Shown: positions 54,940-64,000 of the stretch, one piece after another
How positions within the stretch are numbered: position 1 is the stretch's first letter
How the letters are laid out: each line of letters starts with the position of its first letter
Assembly: GCF_006345805.1 (NCBI RefSeq)
Contig: NW_021833081.1
Location: forward strand, 19,631-83,630
Length of the DNA: 64,000 nucleotides
Direction: 5' to 3'
Source: Octopus sinensis
Taxonomy: Eukaryota
The notes under the pieces: generated by a model
The model's database searches: none
Told to the model about the DNA's origin: nothing
Seen by the model: only the letters and a program-made list of their open reading frames with translations
Translations under genes and position numbers: made by a program

Positions 54940-55382
54940 GATGACAACACTAGCCCAACCACCAGCACCATCGCTGCCGCCGCCACCACCACCACTGCCA
55001 CCACCACCACCACCACCACCACCACCATCACCATCACCATTGCCACCACCATCATTGCCACCACCATCATTACCACCACCACTGCCACCATCACCATTTC
55101 CACCACCACCACCATTACCACCATCAGCAACAACACCAACAACAATAACACAGTCACCGACACTAACACTACAACGGCACACCAAACCAACAACAACAGT
55201 GCCACCACCACCACCACCACCACCACCACCGCCACCACCACCAGCAACACCGTCATCATAACCGCTAACATTAGCACCACGATCACCACTACAACAACCT
55301 TCACTACCAATCACCATCATACCACCACCACCACCACCACCGCCACCACCACCACCACCACCACCACCACCACTGCCACACC
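54940..55382. repeat. Degenerate (CAC)n/(CAA)n microsatellite
   Basis: Trinucleotide array that generates the poly-P/T/G ORFs. Confidence 0.9.
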
Positions 55383-55399
55383 TTCAACACCGTTACATA

Positions 55400-55630
55400 T
55401 TTCTTTACTACCCACAAGGGGCTAAACACAGAAGGGACAAACAAGGACAGACATAGGCATTAAGTCAATTATATCGACCCCAGTGCGTAACTGGTACTTA
55501 ATTTATCGACCCCGAAAGGATGAAAGGCAAAGTCGACCTCGGCGGAATTTGAACTCAGAAAGTAGTGGCAGACGAAATACCGCTGAACATTTCGCCCGGC
55601 GTGCTAACGTTTCAGCCAGCTCGCCGCCTT
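55400..55630 (-). mobile_element. Well-preserved tRNA-derived SINE (family A)
   Basis: Reverse complement aaggcggcgagctggctgaaacgttagcacgccgggcgaaatg...gagttcaaattccgccgaggtcgactttgcctttcatcctttcggggtcgataaattaagtaccag. Confidence 0.9.
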
Positions 55631-56182
55631 CAGCACCCTTACCATGACCAACACCAGCAACATCACCACCACCACCAACTGCAGCACCACGTCCAACATC
55701 AACAACAATAACGACCACGTCTGCTACGATAAAAACCGCCTCCGCCAACCCCCTTCGCCGCCATCGGCCATAACAGTAACGTCCGCCACCTCCGCCACCG
55801 CCGCCGCCACCGATATCAGATCACATCTTTGTAGTATGCAGTGACCTTTAAAGTCAACAGGAATTAAAATACAAATTGATAATTGAGATTTTATGTAAAT
55901 AAAATTACGTTAAAATTAAAAGAAAAAAAAAGAGAAAAAGAAAAACTTTTAAACTTTGGTCGCCGGCCAATATTTTTATGTAAACACTTATTGATCGATA
56001 AATGTGTGCGAATGCAAGAGTTTTTATAGAAACATATATAGACACAACCATTTATTATACATACATGCATATATATTATGCAAAGACATATATTATATAC
56101 TTACATATATAGATATTCCTTTCTTGTTTTATTAGATTCGCTTTCAATCTTTATACATACATACATACAGTACATATATATG

Positions 56183-56218
<36 letters not shown>

Positions 56219-56769
56219 TACATACACAAATATTTATATATATTTATATAAGTATATAATATTATCATTATTATTGTTGTTGTTGTTGTTAGTATTATTT
56301 ATAAACAATTCTAATTTCATGACAACCAATTAATGTTACCAAATAGTTTCATGTTAAGGAACGTAAAAGTAAGTTTAGCAATCGTCGGACATGCTTGAAT
56401 AGAATACAGCTTGGACACTTTGTCACTAAATTGAATGTATGAATGTATGTATGTATGTATGTATGTATGTATGTATGTATGCATGTATGTAGACATGCAT
56501 GTATGTAAGTATGTATGTATGTATGTGTGTATCTATGTAAATCTATTTATCTTTCTATCTATCTATATATCTATCTATATATACATATATGTATATATGT
56601 ATGTATACACATGTGTGTGTGTATGTGTGTGTGTCATGTGAGTGGATCCTTCGTCATAGTCGAACTGTACAGTCATTGAACCATATTATAAGAGCCTGAG
56701 TATAATACTGGTTCATCTATTTTCTTTGTTTATCCGTGCTTCATTTGTAGTATTCACTGAACATAGCAA

Positions 56770-57541
56770 GAGCGGGAAGACCTGGAATTTGGGAGACTTA
56801 ATTTTTGCATTTATGTCTCTGGATGGCTTCATAACCTGGCGCATGCGCTGCCCAGTGTGTCCCCAGGAAGGTTTTCAAACTTGTCCTTGATCTTGGCTAC
56901 CACCTCGGCCTTGATATTGCAGGCAGAGTGGTAAGTGCTTTTTTTCAACCGCGGCCCACATCCAGGATTACAACTGGGGGAATGAAGGGACCAGAAATTG
57001 GAGCTATTAAAGGAGAAATTCTCCAACATCCACTTCTAACTCTTTCCAGATTTATGGCAAGGAGCAAAATTCTGTTGCCACGCATATGACCCTCCATCAG
57101 CAATCCTATCCAGCCTGCGATGAACCACAGTCTCCAGCAGCTTCATATAGCCGTCTGAATTGAGCCTAAGGCCTTGTTCATCAGTTGTTGGATGAATACC
57201 GGCAAGAGCCTACGCGATCAGAGTGCCTGCTACGTCATTTCCTGCTGTGCAAGGTCACGTAGTCTCCGTTGCAGCTGTCCATGTTACGTCTCATAGCCCT
57301 TACATTGCATACAGCGCATTAGGCAGCAGTCATCATGCCAGTGTCATCATGATACAAGTAAATCTTTCCCAATATTCACATAGCTTCTAGTTCCCTCATG
57401 GCAGCTAACTTTTGCTCAACCACAACTTTAATCTTTATGCTCTCCAACGCCGTTCACTGTTCCCCAATACACCAATACATCAAACTGTTTTTGAAAAACA
57501 TGAGACATAAAAGAATCATTACATTTACAATTAGTACCCTA
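56770..57541 (-). mobile_element. Decayed DD37D (maT-type) transposon
   Basis: AWQQNFAPCHKSGKS*KWMLENF...FWSLHSPSCNP...ACNIKAEVVAKIK..F..LP.DT..SACAR. Confidence 0.75.
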
Positions 57542-57725
57542 TATATATGTATATATATATATATGCAGGTGTGTGTGTGCGTGGATATATATATATATTA
57601 TATAGGTATCTGTAGATATAGATATACATATACATATACATGCACATTTATATAAACATCCATACGTATAAACATATACATACAGACACTCATATAGACA
57701 GGAACACACACACATACATATATGC

Positions 57726-57761
<36 letters not shown>

Positions 57762-57778
57762 ATATATATATATATAGA

Positions 57779-57809
<31 letters not shown>

Positions 57810-58304
57810 GGGAACGAAGGTGTTACATAAATAGAAAAAGAAGTTAGTCAGAATTATTCAACTCCAGACTACATTCTTTTTTCTTAATATACAAAATCTA
57901 CACACCACTTCAAAAACAGTCTCTCTCTCTATATATATACATACATATGGCAGGATATATTTATGCGCATGTATGCACATTTACCAACGTAGACACCGCA
58001 ACACACACAAACACCTCGCCCACATTTCTGTTAATTTAAAATAGTTTTATCTCAGTCATTAAAAAATTGAAACCACATCATTGAAAAAGCTGAAAGGCAG
58101 ATGAAGCTATGAATAAATAACTTGTAAATATTGGATAATTCTTATCGAAAGACAAAAAATAAAAATGAAATCGAAAAACTGACCTTCTGTACACCAGACA
58201 AACGATATAAACCGGTTTTAGTTCAGTTGCCTCCAATGATTGTGTTTATATAAGCTAATATACATGCATACATACATACATGCATAGATACATACATGCA
58301 TAGA

Positions 58305-58860
58305 CATATGGTGGCTGCCCCCTCGTTATCGAGTATGGCCATTGCACGAAGCTTGATCAATGTTGTTATCGTGCAATGCCTGTGCAAAAAGATTTTTTTA
58401 AAGTGAAGAAAGGCTGTGCACTGAGTCAATCCCACTCACTAAGCAACAGCAGCCATAATCCGAAAAGAAGAACAAGTCAACATCATCGGTAACCACTGAG
58501 CCACAGGTTTTATGTCGGAGTTATCCTAGTCACCTGAGTTACCTTCTCCTAGAAGGATGCCCTAACAAAGGCTAGGAGTCCTTCACTCCCAATGGTTTAA
58601 CTGCGCGATCGGGTATTCTCCGATTATTTCTATGTCCCGCGCATGATACATCCTTAAGACATCTATTGGATGGCCGTTGACTCCCAAGAGTTCCTCCGCC
58701 CTTTGACGGGTTTTATTTTTCATCCCGCAGGGTGTCCAATTAACACCCTCCTCACCAAGCAAGCTTGGTGGGGTTGCCGGTTTAGTCGCCGACGACCCGA
58801 CCATGCAACACGTTGTACTGGGTTACAAGTTACCACTAGCACTCGAAAGTGACCTGACAT
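58305..58860 (-). mobile_element. Non-autonomous RTE-derived element (5' UTR plus 3' tail, no ORF)
   Basis: tagggcatccttctaggagaaggtaactc resembles RTE 5' UTRs; hairpin-rich leader; flanked by (TACA)n-like tracts. Confidence 0.5.
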
Positions 58861-59370
58861 AATATACATACATACATACATACATGTATACTTATATATA
58901 TATATATATGTATATGAGTGTGTATGTGTCTGTGAGTGTGTGTTCGTTACGTAAATGTATGCCTGTATGTGTCTGTCTTAGTATATGTATGTGAGTGTAT
59001 GCGAGAGTGTATGTGTGATTGTCAATTACACTGATGTAAACAGGCTCTGTGAATGTGCTATACTGGCTCCAACTGAGGAAATAGCTGATAAACCCAATTG
59101 TTTAACCATTTGCCAACACTGAATCACCAGGCATATACATGAAGGCCTTCCAAACATGTCTATTTTCAAATGTCTCTCTTCTGTACTAAGATATTTGATG
59201 CTACTATTTCTAGTCGTTGATGGTCACCAAAAAAATGAGTCACTCACTGGCAGGTACGATTGCAGGTAACCTTGGATGACAGGGAAATTTTCCTAACAGA
59301 CACTGTCACAATATCTTGTCTGACTTGATATTTTACCACTTTCATTTCATCCATGACGACACATCTAACC

Positions 59371-59461
<91 letters not shown>

Positions 59462-59463
59462 AA

Positions 59464-59588
<125 letters not shown>

Positions 59589-60441
59589 GTATCTATCTAT
59601 ATATCTATCTATCTGTCTGTCTGTATATATATATATATGTACGCACACATACACACACACACATATATATACTTACATATATATATATATTATATATACA
59701 TACATATATATATATATATATAAATATATATATACAGACGTGTATATACATATGCATACATAATTACATCTATGTATACATACAAACACACACACACACA
59801 CACACCTATATATCCACACGCTTCGTTTTGTTTCGTATTGCTATTTGTTTTGTTCATATATTGTCTGTTTTTTTTTCTCTCGATTCTTCTCTTTCATCAT
59901 CTTCATTGCGAATGTCACCCTAACCGGATATGTGACCACACCGGAAACGCGTTACTAACATCGGAAATATGTCGTCTGACCGGAAAATGTCTCACTGGAC
60001 CCGATGTCATATCACTTCCGGCCCACATTTCAATTGCCACCAATTCAGGTATGAAAAACATTTGAAACGCTCCGCCATCTTGCTTTCACGCCGTTGTATA
60101 TCACTTTCTCTCTTTACCACTTTATACACACACGCACGCGCGCGCGCACACACCATATATGGTAAAGCTAGTAAAATGCAGATGCTTCTTGTGCACCCTC
60201 GATCCACTCTAGAAGGAAACGTACCTCCCGGGTAGAGAAATACCTACAAAGAACCAAAGTCTCTACCTGACTATCTGTCTGTCTGTTTGTCTGTCTGCCT
60301 CTGTGTCTGTCTGTCTGTCTTTCTGTATCTATGTATTCTGTCTGTTTGTCCGTCAGTCTCTGTGTATGTATTTCCACTGTTTCTCTGTCTACCATCTACG
60401 TATATAACTAGCTGTTTACTTGTCGGAATATTTGCATGAAC

Positions 60442-60475
<34 letters not shown>

Positions 60476-60663
60476 ATGTCTGTCTGTATGTCTGTATGTC
60501 TGTCTGTCAGTGGGGATGTCTACAATTTTCTCTTTATACAAAAGAATTGTATATAAAGTAAACATATGTATAATACCATCTTAACCAGGTTTTGAGTACT
60601 TCACTTTGATTGGTCTCTGTCTGTCTGTGTGTCTCTGTCTGTCTCTCTGTCTCTCTCTCTCTG

Positions 60664-60719
<56 letters not shown>

Positions 60720-61579
60720 GAGTATCTATCTATCTATCTATGTATGTATGTATGTATGTATGTATGTATGTATGTATGTATGTATGTATGTGTGCGTGCG
60801 TGTGCGTCTGCAGACATACGTACATACATCTGTGTCTATTTGCTTCTGCATGTTTCTGTGTACCTTCCTAATTATAGTAAATTTGAGTGTGTTTGTGTGT
60901 TTGTGTATCTGTATCTGTGTGATTTAAATATGTGCCTGTGTATGCGTGTATATGTGCATGTGAATTCATACTTAATTCCTATGCTATTTCACGCAAGTCC
61001 TGAGGGTGTATAAACAAAAATACGTTTGTAAACAAAAAAGTCTATATTCACACTGCATAGATACACCAAACGTTTTCAAATAATACATTATTTTTTGTTT
61101 GCTTTTTTTAATTTTACTATTTGTTCAGTTTCATTTATTTCATATTAAATAAGATATATTTGAGAAAAATAAAATAAATTAAAATTAAGGAAAAATGGAG
61201 TAAAATAGATATGGTGTCAAAATGGCGTATTTCGAAGCTAAGCAAAACGAGCGATTGAGAAGGAAGGATAGAAAACGAGATTTGTGTGTGGTGGGAAGGT
61301 TTGGGTGATGATCAATACACACAGAAGTATACAGACGTGTGTCGGGGGTGATGGAGAGAGAAAGAAATATAAACGGAAAGAGGGAGTTTGGGGCGTGGGG
61401 AGTGTAGCAAGCAGAAGTTAGTAAAAGAGGGGAATGGCGAAATAAAAAGGAACTATTGGGGGGAATATGGTCTTAAAAGTGTTTTAAAGTTGTGGTATAT
61501 TAACATCCGCATTATATACTGTGAAATTTGATTTAATACTAAATCGAATTTTTCCCTGTAAGTTTGGAGCTATACTCCC

Positions 61580-61614
<35 letters not shown>

Positions 61615-61619
61615 GTTAT

Positions 61620-62260
61620 ATTTTTATAGCGTGCTTTCACTTCACTACCGAGCGCAGCTCTGTGTGCCTTGGGTATGTGCTGTGATTTGTTGTGATGCTC
61701 TGATGGTTATTGTATGGAAAGTGTTCTACGTAGGATGTGTGCAGTGCCTCGTAGTGCAATTTTCTGTATGCTATATGTGTTTGTAAGTCCTGTTGTTTTT
61801 GTTATGTATTTGTCTGAATATTTTTTATTATGCCTAATGCACATACTATGATAGGAATTGTTTCTGTTTTCAGATTCCACATTCTGGTTACCTCTATTTC
61901 CAGGTCTTTGTATTTTGAAAGTTTCTCTCCATTCTTTTAGAGACACGTTGTCATCCGCTGTATTGATACATCAATTAGAAACATTTCTTTTTCTTCATGA
62001 TCTCTGACAACTATATCTGGTCTGTTGGCCTTAATTTCTCTATCTGTGTGTATTGGCATATCCCAGAGTATGGTTGCTTTCTCGTTTTCTGTGACCTTTT
62101 CTGGTGTGTGCCTATACCATCGTTTTTTCTGTCGTTATTCCATAATGTTGGCATAGCTTCCAGTGTATGTAGGTCCCAACTCTGTCGTGTCTTTGAATAT
62201 ATTCCATCTTAGCCAGGACTGGGCAGCCAGAGATAATATGATTTATTGTCCTTGTCCATT
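61620..62260 (-). mobile_element. R4/Dong-clade LINE 3' fragment (Zn knuckle plus RLE) inside a (TAA)n tract
   Basis: CPVLAKMEYIQRHDRVG..IHWKLC; EIKANRPDIVVRD...LIDVS; IQKIALRGTAHILRRTLSIQ. (TTA)n on both sides. Confidence 0.85.
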
Positions 62261-62262
62261 AT

Positions 62263-62305
<43 letters not shown>

Positions 62306-62328
62306 ATATATATATATATATTATATAT

Positions 62329-62403
<75 letters not shown>

Positions 62404-62419
62404 TATGTCACTAAATTAC

Positions 62420-62615
62420 TCAAAATGAAGATAACACTGACATCTCATTTTAACAGATATATTTACCAAAATCACATAAAAATATCTTGAAATACTAAAG
62501 GTAAATTTATTCAATAAAATCGCCATCGGCTTCAACAATGGCCACCAGACAACTTTGGAATCTCCTGCAACTCTCCTGGACGGCGCCCTTGTTTTAGTTG
62601 GTGAATGCTGCCATT
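62420..62615 (-). mobile_element. DD37D transposase C-terminal remnant
   Basis: AAFTN*NKGAVQESCRRFQSCLVAIVEADGDFIE*. Confidence 0.75.
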
Positions 62616-62999
62616 TTCCTTGTCTTTATTTCATCTACGCCATCTTTGTTTTGCTGTCTGTCTTTGGATTGCAGTGATATTGAGAGACCGTTTCGTAGAT
62701 CATATCATCCGCTCGTGTTTACTGTAAATCTCGTAGTATTTCATCGAAATCAGTTGAGCGGACCACCGGATTATACAAAACAAGCAAACATAATCCTAAT
62801 ACGGACTGGGCGATAAACACACGTAGATACACCCACCCACGAAGACATACGTCTTACGTAAAATATAGAGCAAGTTTTGCAAGGCGTCGGTCGATCTGAA
62901 GCGATAACAAAGGACGCGCTGCTGTTGAAAAATAATTTTAAAATGGTGATCTTAACTAATGAGAGAAAATATACGTTGCAGTTTAAAATGGCAGTCTTG

Positions 63000-63031
<32 letters not shown>

Positions 63032-63159
63032 GGTGGTGGTGGTTGCCATTTGGGTGTGGTTGACTATCGGAAATTTTGTGTAATAATTAACGAACCCACG
63101 AAATGGTTTCGAATTATATTTCTGTGTACTGTGGTCACATATATATGTATATCTACACA

Positions 63160-63199
<40 letters not shown>

Positions 63200-63282
63200 A
63201 CGCACACACACAGAGACCCTCACACACGCACATACACAGACACACAGACACACACTCACAAACACACACACACACACATGCA

Positions 63283-63334
<52 letters not shown>

Positions 63335-63479
63335 TTGCAGGATGTCGCTAGGATGTAGGTATATCAATTTGTAAGGTGACAGGATTGGCTGGATTTGTAT
63401 TCAACTTCAAAGTCGAGGCAACTCAGAGTTGTCATTTGTTGTTAATTCACCAGATGTGGGAAAATATGTGGTGCATGTG

Positions 63480-63584
<105 letters not shown>

Positions 63585-63624
63585 TATGTATATTTATGTA
63601 TACATATATATGTGTATCTGCCAG

Positions 63625-63667
<43 letters not shown>

Positions 63668-64000
63668 CTGTATATATATATGTATACACACATACACACA
63701 CACACACACACCACACACACACCCCACATATATTATTATATATATATATATATATATATCAGCCATGTTATTTCGTTTTTCGTAAGACCTACGTATATAT
63801 ATTCACACGCAAGCATACACACACAAATGCACACACAACGCACACACACACCACACACATACACAAACGCGCGCACACACACACACACTCACACACACAC
63901 ATACACACATATACACACATATCACTATATATTCTTTGTAGATTTTTTATTCTCTTGGGCTTCATTCTTCTCCACTATAATTTCACATTCCTTTTCCAGT

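Overview
Eukaryotic, AT-rich, extremely microsatellite-dense intergenic or intronic DNA. The repeat families (tRNA-derived SINEs, R4/Dong, RTE and Tx1 LINE remnants, mariner and DD37D transposon remnants) look like those of octopus/cephalopod genomes; this is recognition from memory, not a database hit. I find no supportable host protein-coding exon, and nearly all ORFs in the track are translations of simple repeats. The most notable content is a dispersed set of type I hammerhead-ribozyme (HHR) motifs with minimal, palindromic stem III, of the kind carried by Penelope-like elements (PLEs). One is essentially canonical (52568-52683). One lies in the inverted terminal repeat of a ~2.1 kb PLE that keeps only a GIY-YIG endonuclease/Zn-finger remnant (22081-24123). 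Two lie back-to-back in a ~400 bp palindrome (28731-29162). Several short (TA)n-embedded elements carry very small HHR-like cores, two of which share the same non-canonical CUGUNGA core. All RNA structures were folded by eye and have not been tested.
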